Notes: generated from the letters alone by a model not told the origin. A DNA stretch of 64,000 nt from an uncultured Comamonas sp. (GCA_963520865.1 CAUQST010000009.1:17557-81556); one strand, 5' to 3'; positions 46,223 to 55,387 are shown, numbered from the stretch's first letter. Numbers and translations: made by a program.

Positions 46223-48664
46223 GTGGGTACCCTTGCGGTCATGCCACAAGCTCTTTCACAGTCGCCCTTCGCTCAGGAGCAGACAGTATCCGATGCAGAC
46301 GTTCCATCAGCCAATAGTGGCCTGCATTTACTAGATGATCCTGCGGAGTGGGTGAGTTTCGGAAAGCCATACGGGCAGCAGCAAATTCAAGCGTTCAAGC
46401 CAGAAGACATTGAAGTTTGGGATTCACAGATTGCCATAGAGGGTATGTATTGCGCAACTTGTGCCCTAGTGATTGAAGATGCCTTGCGTGCTGTTCCTGG
46501 GATTGTGCAGGTTGACGTGAGTGCAGCGGCCAAACGCGCGCGTTTGGTATGGAAGCCCTCTCAAGTGCTTCCTTCACAGTGGATGGCGGCAGTGCAAAAG
46601 GTCGGTTATCGCGCCGTGCCAGCGCGAGATGCGGTGGCACGTGAAATGCGTCAGGCGCAGTATCGCAAAGCCTTGTGGCGCTGGCTGCTGGCAACGTTTT
46701 GCATGATGCAGGTCATGATGTATGCATGGCCATCGTATAACGCGCAGCCTGGTGATTTGCTCATGGAGTTTGAGCGGCTTTTGCGATGGGCCTCATGGGT
46801 TATTTGTATACCCATGTTGATTTTTGCGTGCGGCCCATTTTTTAGTGGTGCATGGCGCGATTTAAGAAATCGTCGTGTGAGCATGGATATGCCTGTCGCT
46901 CTGGGCATGATCATCACTTTTATTGTCAGCACGATTGGCACATTCTCGCCCGAAGGTATTTTTGGTGAAGAGGTTTTCTACGACTCTTTGACCATGTTTG
47001 TATCTTTTTTGCTTGCAGGGCGTTGGTTGGAAATTCGACTGCGTGATCGTACAGCTGGAGCACTGGATGCAGTACTCAATCGGCTGCCAGACAGTATTGA
47101 AAAGCAGGCTTCTGATGGTCAGTTTCACCGTGTCGCGTTGCGAAATATTGCACCGGGTGATGTGCTGCGCATCCTGCCCGGGGAAGCATTCCCTGTAGAT
47201 GGTGTTGTTTTGAAGGGGCGTACCCAGGCTGATGAGGCATTGCTCACTGGTGAGTCGCGTCCTGTATCTCGTGCGGAAGGTGACCGGATTATTGCCGGCA
47301 GCTTCAATCTGACGGCTGTTGTCGAAGTTCTGGTGGAGCGAATTGGTGGACAGACAAAGTTCGCGCAGATTGTGAACTTAATGGAGAGCGCATCGACCCA
47401 GAAGCCGCGATTAGCGCAGTTGGCGGACAAGGTTGCGGGGCCATTTTTGGTGGTTGTGCTTGTATTGGCCATTGCATCAGCTGTGTATTGGTGGCCCGTA
47501 GATCCTGGGCGAGCTCTCATGATTGCGGCGGCAGTCTTGATTGTCACGTGTCCATGTGCACTTTCGTTGGCAACACCTGTGGCTATGTTGACGGCTGCAG
47601 GGACCCTTGCTCGTCATGGCGTGTTAGTGCGCAATTTGCAGGGGCTTGAAGTATTGGCATCGATTGACACGTTGGTCTTTGATAAGACTGGAACGTTGAC
47701 GCGAGATGGTATGCAGGTTTCTCGCATGTCAGTGCTGGATGAGTCAGATGCGACCTTGTGGCAGGGTTTGGCAGCGGCGGTGGCGAAAAATTCAATGCAT
47801 CCAGTGTCCAAGGCAGTCGCAGGTTTTGGGTTGTCTTGGGTGTCAAAGTGGGAAGTCCTGTCAGTGGAGGAACTGAGTGGACATGGATTGAGGGCGCAAG
47901 TTCGGGCCGCTACAGGAACAGATGAGGCCCCTATATGGGTGCGATTGGGGTCACGTGCGTTTGTAGCAGGTGCCAATGAATGGCAAGAAGATGTCCAAGC
48001 CGTGTATTTGGCATTTGAAGTATCTCCAACCAATATTCAAGTCTTGGCCTCCTTTGAATTGGATGAAGGGGTGAGAAGTGAGGCGATTCATGTACTCGGT
48101 GGGCTGCGACAACTTGGGGTTGGGGTGCAGTTGCTTTCTGGTGACGGGTCGCCTGCTGTATCGCGCGTAGCTGCAGAGCTGGGTATTGAAGACTACAAGT
48201 CAGAGTGCTCTCCGCAATCGAAGTTGGAGCGCATTCGTGCTGCCCAAGCGGCTGGAAAGTGCGTTGGCATGGTTGGAGATGGCTTGAATGACGGCCCTGT
48301 TTTGGCAGGTGCTGACGTGTCATTCGCTTTTGGCCGATCTGTACCTTTGGCTCGGGCCCAGTCAGACTTTGTTGTGCTGGGCGATAACTTGGAGTTGGTG
48401 CTGCAAACCGTTTTGTTGGCTCGCAAGACGCTGCGTGTTGTGCGCCAAAATTTATTTTTCTCTGCGCTGTACAACGCAGTTTGTATCCCTTTGGCAATGG
48501 CGGGGTTGATGCCTGCATGGCTTGCGGGGCTGGGTATGGCTTTGAGCTCTGTACTGGTTGTACTAAACGCAGCCCGCTTGGTGAAACCATTGCCGTTACG
48601 AGCTGCTGCAATACCGGATGAGCAGTCTATGCGGGCGCTTGGTGTGACCGCAGTGGCAGTCTGA
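46223..48664 (+). CDS. ccoI: copper-translocating P1B-type ATPase for cbb3 oxidase maturation (CcoI/FixI)
   Basis: HMA domain (GMYCATCALVIEDAL), TGES, the CPC motif (VTCPCALSLATP), DKTGTLT and GDGLNDGP. It lies directly upstream of ccoS-ccoNOQP. The start is GTG 46223 or ATG 46241. Confidence 0.9.
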   Translation: MGTLAVMPQALSQSPFAQEQTVSDADVPSANSGLHLLDDPAEWVSFGKPYGQQQIQAFKPEDIEVWDSQIAIEGMYCATCALVIEDALRAVPGIVQVDVSAAAKRARLVWKPSQVLPSQWMAAVQKVGYRAVPARDAVAREMRQAQYRKALWRWLLATFCMMQVMMYAWPSYNAQPGDLLMEFERLLRWASWVICIPMLIFACGPFFSGAWRDLRNRRVSMDMPVALGMIITFIVSTIGTFSPEGIFGEEVFYDSLTMFVSFLLAGRWLEIRLRDRTAGALDAVLNRLPDSIEKQASDGQFHRVALRNIAPGDVLRILPGEAFPVDGVVLKGRTQADEALLTGESRPVSRAEGDRIIAGSFNLTAVVEVLVERIGGQTKFAQIVNLMESASTQKPRLAQLADKVAGPFLVVVLVLAIASAVYWWPVDPGRALMIAAAVLIVTCPCALSLATPVAMLTAAGTLARHGVLVRNLQGLEVLASIDTLVFDKTGTLTRDGMQVSRMSVLDESDATLWQGLAAAVAKNSMHPVSKAVAGFGLSWVSKWEVLSVEELSGHGLRAQVRAATGTDEAPIWVRLGSRAFVAGANEWQEDVQAVYLAFEVSPTNIQVLASFELDEGVRSEAIHVLGGLRQLGVGVQLLSGDGSPAVSRVAAELGIEDYKSECSPQSKLERIRAAQAAGKCVGMVGDGLNDGPVLAGADVSFAFGRSVPLARAQSDFVVLGDNLELVLQTVLLARKTLRVVRQNLFFSALYNAVCIPLAMAGLMPAWLAGLGMALSSVLVVLNAARLVKPLPLRAAAIPDEQSMRALGVTAVAV

Positions 48665-48678
48665 TTGAAAGTCCTGTC

Positions 48679-48816
48679 GTGGAAATTCTCTATCTCTTAA
48701 TTCCGATGTCCGTGGTTCTTGTTTTGATCATCGCCGCAGGCTTGTGGTGGGCGATTTACCGCGGACAGTTTGAAAGCGTCGAACAAGAGGCGGAGCGCAT
48801 TCTTCGAGACGATTGA
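48679..48816 (+). CDS. ccoS: cbb3-type cytochrome oxidase assembly protein CcoS (FixS)
   Basis: Hand translation from GTG 48679 gives [45 protein letters not shown] (45 aa). This is the CcoS pattern of one TM plus SGQFDD/ILxDD-like motifs. It falls below the ORF-track cut-off. Confidence 0.8.
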   Translation: MEILYLLIPMSVVLVLIIAAGLWWAIYRGQFESVEQEAERILRDD

Positions 48817-48826
48817 TGTTTGTCAA
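48813..48826. promoter_or_regulatory. FNR/Anr-type box TTGATgtttGTCAA upstream of ccoN
   Basis: It overlaps the ccoS stop codon. Its centre is 61.5 nt upstream of the ccoN ATG, compatible with a class II (-41.5) promoter and an approx. 20-nt leader. Confidence 0.65.
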
Positions 48827-48880
48827 CAACGTAAAAACCATAACAGTGAACACTTTCGACTGCATATTAAGAGGTGCCCG

Positions 48881-50320
48881 ATGGATTCTCTAAAAACTAG
48901 TGCTGCACACTACAGTGATACCGTAGTTAGGCAGTTTTCTATCATGGCCGTGGTCTGGGGGGTCGTAGGCATGTTGGTCGGCGTTTTTATCGCTGCCCAA
49001 TTGGCTTGGCCCGAACTCAACTTCGGTATTTCTTGGCTTAGCTTTGGACGCCTGCGTCCATTGCATACAAATGCGGTAATTTTTGCGTTCGGCGGATGCG
49101 CCTTGTTCGCAACGAGCTACTACGTGGTGCAGCGTACCTGCCAAACCACGTTGTTCCTGCCAAAGCTGGCTGCCTTCACCTTCTGGGGCTGGCAATTGGT
49201 GATCGTGGCTGCAGCGGTGTCTTTGCCTTTGGGTTTTACCTCCGGCAAAGAGTACGCGGAGCTGGAGTGGCCTATCGATATCTTGATCACTTTGGTCTGG
49301 GTGTCCTACGCCATCGTGTTCTTTGGAACGATTGGCACACGTAAGGTCAAGCACATTTATGTGGCCAACTGGTTCTTTGGTGCCTTCATCATCGCTGTAG
49401 CGTTGCTGCATGTGGTGAACAGTGCAGCCATCCCAGCAGGCTTCATGAAGAGCTACTCTGCCTACGCTGGCGTGCAAGACGCGATGGTGCAGTGGTGGTA
49501 CGGACACAATGCGGTGGGCTTCTTCCTGACCGCTGGCTTCTTGGGCATGATGTACTACTTTGTACCCAAGCAAGCAGGACGTCCTGTGTACTCGTATCGC
49601 CTGTCGATCGTGCACTTCTGGGCTTTGATCTTCACTTACATGTGGGCTGGTCCGCACCACTTGCACTACACAGCACTGCCTGATTGGACACAGTCCGTTG
49701 GCATGGTGTTCTCGCTGATTTTGTTGGCACCTTCTTGGGGCGGCATGATCAACGGGGTGATGACCTTGTCTGGTGCATGGCACAAGCTGCGTGAAGATCC
49801 TATCTTGCGCTTCCTGATCGTGTCCCTATCGTTCTACGGCATGTCCACGTTCGAAGGCCCCATGATGGCAATCAAGACTGTGAATGCTCTGTCGCACTAC
49901 ACAGACTGGACTATCGGTCACGTGCACTCTGGTGCGCTGGGTTGGGTTGGCTTGATCACCATGGGTTCGTTGTATTACCTGATCCCTCGCTTGTTCGGCA
50001 AAACCGAAATGCACTCCAAGTCGGCCATTGAGCTGCACTTCTGGATGGCAACCATCGGTATCGTGCTGTACATCGCTGCGATGTGGATCTCCGGTGTGAT
50101 GCAAGGCCTGATGTGGCGTGCTGTGAATGCTGACGGTACTTTGACGTACACCTTTGTGGAGAGCGTGAAGGCTTCTTATCCCTTCTACGTGATTCGCGTA
50201 ATCGGTGGTCTGCTGTACTTGATCGGTATGCTGATCATGGCTTGGAACGTTATGAAGACAGTGGCTTCGGGTCGTTCTGTGAAGGTGGCAGTGCCTGCCG
50301 TTAACCCTGCTCACGCCTAA
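48881..50320 (+). CDS. ccoN: cytochrome-c oxidase cbb3-type subunit I
   Basis: 479 aa from the ATG at 48881 (RBS aagagg). It is a 12+ TM haem-copper oxidase with [25 protein letters not shown] and [15 protein letters not shown] His ligands. The ORF-track start at 48770 lies inside ccoS. Confidence 0.95.
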   Translation: MDSLKTSAAHYSDTVVRQFSIMAVVWGVVGMLVGVFIAAQLAWPELNFGISWLSFGRLRPLHTNAVIFAFGGCALFATSYYVVQRTCQTTLFLPKLAAFTFWGWQLVIVAAAVSLPLGFTSGKEYAELEWPIDILITLVWVSYAIVFFGTIGTRKVKHIYVANWFFGAFIIAVALLHVVNSAAIPAGFMKSYSAYAGVQDAMVQWWYGHNAVGFFLTAGFLGMMYYFVPKQAGRPVYSYRLSIVHFWALIFTYMWAGPHHLHYTALPDWTQSVGMVFSLILLAPSWGGMINGVMTLSGAWHKLREDPILRFLIVSLSFYGMSTFEGPMMAIKTVNALSHYTDWTIGHVHSGALGWVGLITMGSLYYLIPRLFGKTEMHSKSAIELHFWMATIGIVLYIAAMWISGVMQGLMWRAVNADGTLTYTFVESVKASYPFYVIRVIGGLLYLIGMLIMAWNVMKTVASGRSVKVAVPAVNPAHA

Positions 50321-50336
50321 GTACGAGGAGCCAAAA

Positions 50337-50969
50337 ATGTCTGTAAATAACGATAAGGCCTCCAAGGGTTTTACCCACGAAAAGGTAGAAACCAGCAACT
50401 TTTTGATGATCGTTTTGATCTTGCTGGTGGTTGCTGTGGGTGGCCTGGTGGAAATTGTGCCTCTGTTTTTCCAAAAATCGACCACAGAAGCTGTGCAAGG
50501 CGTTGAGCCTTACCAGCCTCTGGAGTTGATGGGCCGTGATGTCTACATTCGCGAAGGTTGCTACAACTGTCACTCGCAGATGATTCGTCCGTTCCGTGCA
50601 GAAACTATGCGCTACGGTCACTACTCTGTTGCTGGTGAGTTCGTGTATGACCACCCCTTCCAATGGGGCTCAAAGCGAACTGGCCCTGACCTGCACCGCG
50701 TGGGCGGCAAGTACAGCGATGAATGGCATCGCATTCACTTGAACAACCCTCGTGATGTGGTTCCAGAGTCGAACATGCCTGAGTACCCATGGCTGGCAAA
50801 AAGTGCGGTGGACCACACTGTGGTTGCACAGCGCATGACAGCGTTGCGTACGGTTGGCGTGCCTTACACCGATGAACAAATCGCCGGTGCTGCTGAGCAA
50901 GTCAAGGGCAAGACCGAGATGGAAGCAGTGATTGCTTACCTCCAAGGTCTGGGCACCGCGCTTAAGTAA
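50337..50969 (+). CDS. ccoO: cytochrome-c oxidase cbb3-type subunit II (monohaem)
   Basis: 210 aa with an N-terminal TM, the CYNCHS haem-c motif, and [24 protein letters not shown]. Confidence 0.95.
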   Translation: MSVNNDKASKGFTHEKVETSNFLMIVLILLVVAVGGLVEIVPLFFQKSTTEAVQGVEPYQPLELMGRDVYIREGCYNCHSQMIRPFRAETMRYGHYSVAGEFVYDHPFQWGSKRTGPDLHRVGGKYSDEWHRIHLNNPRDVVPESNMPEYPWLAKSAVDHTVVAQRMTALRTVGVPYTDEQIAGAAEQVKGKTEMEAVIAYLQGLGTALK

Positions 50970-50982
50970 AAAGGATCAGTCT

Positions 50983-51120
50983 ATGGACATCACCACCATG
51001 CGCATTGTTGCAACGTTGGTTTCGATGGCGCTTTTCATCGGTATCTGGTGGTGGGCGTATGCCCGCCGCAATCAGGCACGTTTCGATGAAGCGGCGCAGC
51101 TGCCGTTCCAACAAGACTGA
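50983..51120 (+). CDS. ccoQ: cbb3-type cytochrome oxidase subunit CcoQ
   Basis: MDITTMRIVATLVSMALFIGIWWWAYARRNQARFDEAAQLPFQQD (45 aa) has a single TM and the WAY...R..F motif. It sits between ccoO and ccoP. ATG at 50983. Confidence 0.8.
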   Translation: MDITTMRIVATLVSMALFIGIWWWAYARRNQARFDEAAQLPFQQD

Positions 51121-51146
51121 TTTCTCCACCAGAACGAGAACATCCC

Positions 51147-52061
51147 ATGAGCGATTTCGTAAATAACTTCTGGTCGGTCTATGTCGCAGGCATCACCATT
51201 GTGGGCATCGTCGCCTGCTTGGTTCTGCTCATCATTACTGCCCGTAAAAAGGTAGTGTCTGATGGCGACAATACGACTGGCCACGTGTGGGACGAAGACC
51301 TGCGCGAACTGAACAATCCTATGCCACGCTGGTGGATATGGATGTTCGTGATCACCATCGTGTTTAGCTTGCTGTACCTGTTGGCATACCCCGGTTTGGG
51401 TGCTTATGCTGGCAAGATGCAGTGGAGCCAAGTGGGAGCCTATGAAGCAGAGGTGGAAAAAGCCAAAGCTGAACTGGAGCCTATGTATGCACGTTTCACT
51501 GCCATGAGCACAGAAGATGTAGCCAAGGACAGCCAGGCGATGGCAATTGGTGAGCGCTTGTTCATGAACAACTGCGCTCAGTGCCATGGCTCGGACGCAC
51601 GTGGCGGCAAGAGTTTCCCTAACTTGGCTGATGCTGACTGGTTGCACGGTGGTGCACCAGAAAATATCAAGCAGACCATTACCCAAGGCCGTATGTCCAT
51701 GATGCCACCTCAGGCTGAAGTGGTTGGTACTGCTGAGGATGTGCGTAATTTGGCGCACTATGTCTTGAGCCTGTCTAACAGCCCTCATGATTCTTTGAAG
51801 GCATCGCTGGGTAAGTCTAAATTTACGGCTTGTGCAGCTTGCCATGGCATGGATGGCAAGGGTAATACCTTGTTGGGCGCGCCAAATCTGACAGATGACA
51901 TCTGGCTTCACGGCTGGGGCGAAAAAGCCATTGTTGACATCATCACCAATGGCAAGATGAACGAAATGCCTGCGCAGGACAAGAAATTGACCCCTGCACA
52001 GATTGACGTTCTGACCGCATATGTTTGGGGCTTGTCTAACAAGCCTGGAACAGCTAACTGA
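51147..52061 (+). CDS. ccoP: cytochrome-c oxidase cbb3-type subunit III (dihaem)
   Basis: 304 aa with an N-terminal TM (CcoP_N: PRWWIWMFVITIVF) and two CxxCH motifs (CAQCHG, CAACHG). Confidence 0.95.
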   Translation: MSDFVNNFWSVYVAGITIVGIVACLVLLIITARKKVVSDGDNTTGHVWDEDLRELNNPMPRWWIWMFVITIVFSLLYLLAYPGLGAYAGKMQWSQVGAYEAEVEKAKAELEPMYARFTAMSTEDVAKDSQAMAIGERLFMNNCAQCHGSDARGGKSFPNLADADWLHGGAPENIKQTITQGRMSMMPPQAEVVGTAEDVRNLAHYVLSLSNSPHDSLKASLGKSKFTACAACHGMDGKGNTLLGAPNLTDDIWLHGWGEKAIVDIITNGKMNEMPAQDKKLTPAQIDVLTAYVWGLSNKPGTAN

Positions 52062-52078
52062 TCATCGTAATGATGTCT

Positions 52079-52105
52079 AAGGCGGCACTGTGTGCCGCCT
52101 TTTTC
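52079..52105 (+). terminator. intrinsic terminator after ccoP
   Basis: aaGGCGGCACtgtGTGCCGCCttttt is an 8-bp GC stem followed by a T-run. It lies only about 28 nt before the ccoG ATG. Confidence 0.75.
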
Positions 52106-52132
52106 TTTGGTGCGATTTAGGGAGTGTGACCC

Positions 52133-53563
52133 ATGAGTTCCGAGCAGAAAAAACCGCAAAAAACCATTCCTATCAAAGCGGAAAGCCAGGAAAAAACAGT
52201 ATCGTTTTTTGAAGCGCATAAAAAGATTTATCCACGCTCCATCAGCGGGAAATTCATGAATTGGCGCTGGGCGATGGTGTGGTTGACGCAGCTGTTTTTT
52301 TACTGTTTGCCGTGGCTGGAATGGGGGCAGCGGCAAATGGTCTTGTTTGACCTGGGTGCGCGCCGCTTTTATTTATTCGGCTACGTGCTGTATCCACAGG
52401 ACTTCATCTACCTCACCGGTTTACTCATCATTAGTGCTTTGGCGCTGTTTTTGTTTACGGCGGTAGCGGGGCGGTTGTGGTGTGGCTTTGCATGCCCGCA
52501 GACGGTGTATAGCGAGATATTCATGTGGATTGAGCACAAAGTCGAAGGCGACCGTAGTGCACGTATCCGGTTGGATCAATCCGGTTGGACTTTAGAGAAG
52601 GTCTGGCGCAAGACGCTCAAACAGTTTTTGTGGATTGCCATCGCTTTGTGGACGGGATTTACTTTCGTTGGCTACTTTGTACCTATCCGTGAGCTGGCTG
52701 GCGAGTTATTGGCCCTAGAGGGCGGCTGGCAGATTTTTTGGGTGCTGTTTTATGGTTTTGCCACCTACGGCAATGCAGGCTATATGCGCGAGCAAGTCTG
52801 CAAATACATGTGCCCCTACGCGCGCTTTCAGAGTGCGATGTTTGACAAAGACACTTTGGTTGTCAGTTATGACGCTCTGCGTGGTGAAAATCGGGGTCCT
52901 CGCAAAAAAGAAGTAGATTACAAAGCACAAGGTTTGGGCGATTGCATTGACTGCAAACTGTGCGTCCAGGTTTGCCCCGTCGGTATTGATATTCGTGATG
53001 GTCTGCAGTACGAGTGTATTGGCTGTGGTTTGTGTATTGATGCATGTAATAACGTCATGGACAACATGCACTACCCACGAGGCTTGATTCGCCTGACTAC
53101 GGAAAATGCAGTTAACAAAGGATGGGCAGGAGCTCAGATCTGGAGACGGATTGCACGCCCCAGAGTGCTCATTTATGCAGCCATTCTGCTGGGGCTGTCT
53201 GCGGCAATGGTGTTCAGCATGGCGGTGCGCGAGCCATTGAAAGTAGATGTGATCCGGGATCGTGCATCGCTGGCGCGTATTGCTGCGGGCGGGAAGCTGG
53301 AGAACGTGTACCGTCTGCAAGTCATGAATGCCACGGAAGAAGCGCAAATTTATACGGTGACAGTGAATGGCCTTGAAGGCATTGAGCTGGTTGAGGGGCG
53401 CGAGGTTTCAGTGGATTCAGCACAGACGCGTGGTGTGGCTGTGCGGGTGCAAATTCCGTATGGAACTGCAGATTCAGGCTCTCATCCAATTGAGTTCGAA
53501 ATTTCTGCGCAAAGTGGCAAAGGCCACGTTCGAGAAAAATCAGTTTTCTTAGTGCCGCGCTAA
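52133..53563 (+). CDS. ccoG: cytochrome c oxidase accessory protein CcoG (FixG), 4Fe-4S ferredoxin-type
   Basis: 476 aa with GRLWCGFACPQTVY, CKYMCPYARFQ, and two ferredoxin clusters (CIDCKLCVQVCPVGIDIR, CIGCGLCIDACN). Confidence 0.93.
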   Translation: MSSEQKKPQKTIPIKAESQEKTVSFFEAHKKIYPRSISGKFMNWRWAMVWLTQLFFYCLPWLEWGQRQMVLFDLGARRFYLFGYVLYPQDFIYLTGLLIISALALFLFTAVAGRLWCGFACPQTVYSEIFMWIEHKVEGDRSARIRLDQSGWTLEKVWRKTLKQFLWIAIALWTGFTFVGYFVPIRELAGELLALEGGWQIFWVLFYGFATYGNAGYMREQVCKYMCPYARFQSAMFDKDTLVVSYDALRGENRGPRKKEVDYKAQGLGDCIDCKLCVQVCPVGIDIRDGLQYECIGCGLCIDACNNVMDNMHYPRGLIRLTTENAVNKGWAGAQIWRRIARPRVLIYAAILLGLSAAMVFSMAVREPLKVDVIRDRASLARIAAGGKLENVYRLQVMNATEEAQIYTVTVNGLEGIELVEGREVSVDSAQTRGVAVRVQIPYGTADSGSHPIEFEISAQSGKGHVREKSVFLVPR

Positions 53564-53606
53564 GAAAGCGTTATTTGCGGTGGGTGGGGTGCAAGCCCTG
53601 CCCACC

Positions 53607-53921
53607 ATGTCTAAAGATGAAAGAAAGTTTGGCATGTCTCAGAGCGTAAAGAAACTGGAAACACGATCTGGCCCATGGTGGAAATACGGCCATGTGTGGC
53701 TGGTCTTGTCTGGACCGGCGATTGTGGTTGTGGCCGGTATTTTGACGGCGGTGATCGCTGCGCGTGGTGCGGATCCGATTGTGGATGCGGATTACTACCA
53801 AAAAGGCGTGAACATCAACGAACAGTTGCGCAGTCAGGATAAGAGTTATGCGCCTGCCAATGCAGTGCGCAATCACGCAGCAACACCGGATGCGGATTTG
53901 CCTAATTTGGCTCCAAAATAA
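53607..53921 (+). CDS. short CcoH/FixH-like membrane protein (N-terminal module only)
   Basis: GPWWKYGHVWLVLSGPAIVVVAGILTAVIAARGADPIVDADYYQKGVNINEQL resembles the CcoH/FixH TM plus the DDYYxxGxxINxxL motif. The protein is only about 95-105 aa, against about 160 for typical family members. The start is uncertain (53580, 53607 or 53634). Confidence 0.55.
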   Translation: MSKDERKFGMSQSVKKLETRSGPWWKYGHVWLVLSGPAIVVVAGILTAVIAARGADPIVDADYYQKGVNINEQLRSQDKSYAPANAVRNHAATPDADLPNLAPK

Positions 53922-53936
53922 TTTGAATTTACTGCT

Positions 53937-54024
53937 AAAGATAGCTGCTTGCGCTTATATCGCAAGGGATTTGAGTATCAATGACTTTGAAATCCTTTTT
54001 GAATAAGCGAAAGCAGCTATCTTT
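53937..54024. repeat. long inverted repeat (22-bp arms, 1 mismatch, 44-nt spacer) followed by a T-run
   Basis: The arms are aaagatagctgcttgcgcttat (53937-53958) and ataagcgaaagcagctatcttt (54003-54024). The spacer holds a second, shorter inverted repeat (ggattt...aaatcc). The sequence ttttttatt follows the right arm. Confidence 0.7.
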
Positions 54025-54107
54025 TTTATTTGGTATTTGTCCCACGCTGACTTTAAAAATACTGTGTGCACAATAAAGGCGTTGAACTAAACCACAAAGG
54101 AAGACAT

Positions 54108-54359
54108 ATGTTGGCACAACGCTGGATGTGGATTGCTTGGCCTGCTTTTTTGGCAGCGGGTGTGATGGAAATGCTGGTTTTTTCTGTGTTTGACCCTATG
54201 GATATGTCGTGGTGGGGGCAAAGCGTTGAGCTATCGCGCAGTGCTGTCTATACGATTGCCTTTTTTATTTTTTGGGCAGTATTTACTGTGATGGGCTATT
54301 TGACAATGCTGTTGTCAATGTCCGCAGCAGAGGTCAACGGACAACCTTCCGTCTCCTGA
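54108..54359 (+). CDS. small hypothetical membrane protein (83 aa, 2-3 TM)
   Basis: MLAQRWMWIAWPAFLAAGVMEMLVFSVFDPMDMSWWGQSVELSRSAVYTIAFFIFWAVFTVMGYLTMLL... The ATG at 54108 is preceded by aaaggaag, and a strong terminator follows. Confidence 0.6.
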   Translation: MLAQRWMWIAWPAFLAAGVMEMLVFSVFDPMDMSWWGQSVELSRSAVYTIAFFIFWAVFTVMGYLTMLLSMSAAEVNGQPSVS

Positions 54360-54426
54360 GAACTATCTTATTGCGCTCTTCCGATGACCGGCAGGTCAAG
54401 TGCTTGGTATGGCAAAAATTGACCGT

Positions 54427-54466
54427 AAAAAAACCTCCCAAAGCTAAAGCGTGGGAGGTTTTTTTT
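54427..54466. terminator. bidirectional intrinsic terminator
   Basis: aaaaaaaCCTCCCAaagctaaagcgTGGGAGGtttttttt, between the small membrane-protein gene (+) and fnr (-). Confidence 0.8.
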
Positions 54467-54493
54467 GCTTGAATCAACCAGCTTGCAATTTGC

Positions 54494-55219
54494 TTATTTA
54501 TTGCTTTCGTGCTGACTGTTCACCAAGCGCTGCAATGCTGCAGTGTCCAGAATACGTACGTGGCGTTGTTTTACTTCGACCATGCCTTCTTCCACGAATT
54601 TGGAGAAGGTGCGGCTCACTGTCTCCAGCTTGAGACCCAGGTAGCTGCCGATTTCCTCGCGTGTCATGCGCAGCACCAACTCTGATGAGGAAAACCCCCG
54701 TGCATGCAGGCGCTGCACCAAGTTCAGAATAAAAGCTGCCAAGCGCTCTTCAGCACGCATGCTGCCAAGCAGTAGCATGACGCCGTGCTCACGCACAATT
54801 TCGCGGCTCATCACTTTGTGCACATGGGTTTGCAGGGCAGTCACTTCGCGCGAAATTTCCTCCAGCCCATCAAACGGCATGACGCAAACTTCCGCATCTT
54901 CGAGTGCGACGGCATCGCAAGTGTGATGATCATTGACGATGCCATCCAGGCCAATGATTTCGCCTGCCATTTGAAAGCCTGTCACTTGATCTCGGCCATC
55001 TTCGGTTGCTACGCAAGTTTTGAAAAACCCTGTGCGAATGGCATACAGCGACGTGAAGGCTTCTCCGTTGCGAAACAGCGTTGCTCCACGTTTGACTTTG
55101 CGGCGGGTTGCCACAATGTCATCAATGCGCTGCAACTGTTGCTCGCTCAGGCCCACAGGCATGCAGAGTTCGCGCAGATTGCAGTTGGAACAGGTTACTT
55201 TGATGGATGGTGGAGTCAT
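54494..55219 (-). CDS. fnr: FNR/Anr-type oxygen-sensing Crp-family transcription regulator
   Basis: 241 aa with an N-terminal Cys cluster (VTCSNCNLRELCMPVGL), a cNMP-like domain containing the fourth Cys context (HTCDAVALE), and a C-terminal HTH (MTREEIGSYLGLKLETVSRTFSKF, E--SR recognition motif). Confidence 0.92.
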   Translation of the reverse strand: MTPPSIKVTCSNCNLRELCMPVGLSEQQLQRIDDIVATRRKVKRGATLFRNGEAFTSLYAIRTGFFKTCVATEDGRDQVTGFQMAGEIIGLDGIVNDHHTCDAVALEDAEVCVMPFDGLEEISREVTALQTHVHKVMSREIVREHGVMLLLGSMRAEERLAAFILNLVQRLHARGFSSSELVLRMTREEIGSYLGLKLETVSRTFSKFVEEGMVEVKQRHVRILDTAALQRLVNSQHESNK

Positions 55220-55309
55220 GTACTCAAAAGCCCATGTGTCTATGAGTAAGACGTAGGCTAGATGTTAAAAAATAAAAACGGAACTATCGAAGTGAAGAGC
55301 GCAGCCATT

Positions 55310-55379
55310 AATGATTTGAATCAAATTGTGGCATTGGTTTTACGAATGATGTGAATCAAATTGTGGCATTGGTTTTACA
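55310..55379. repeat. 35-bp tandem duplication (2 units, 33/35 identical), each unit carrying an FNR-like box
   Basis: Unit 1 (55310-55344) is aatgatttgaatcaaattgtggcattggttttacg. Unit 2 (55345-55379) is aatgatgtgaatcaaattgtggcattggttttaca. The boxes are aTGATttgaATCAA (55311-55324) and aTGATgtgaATCAA (55346-55359), each 9/10 to consensus. Confidence 0.85.
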
Positions 55380-55387
55380 TCGCCCCC

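Noticed and set aside
52062-52132. Searched for an FNR box or separate promoter in front of ccoG.
   Set aside because: The interval contains only the ccoP terminator hairpin plus about 28 nt. No TTGAT-N4-(A/G)TCAA-like sequence is present.
55310-55379. Checked whether the 35-bp direct repeats could be a miniature CRISPR array or the edge of a mobile element.
   Set aside because: There are only two units, directly abutting with no spacer. No cas genes, transposase or terminal inverted repeats are present. The content (FNR-like boxes in a promoter region) explains it better as an operator duplication.
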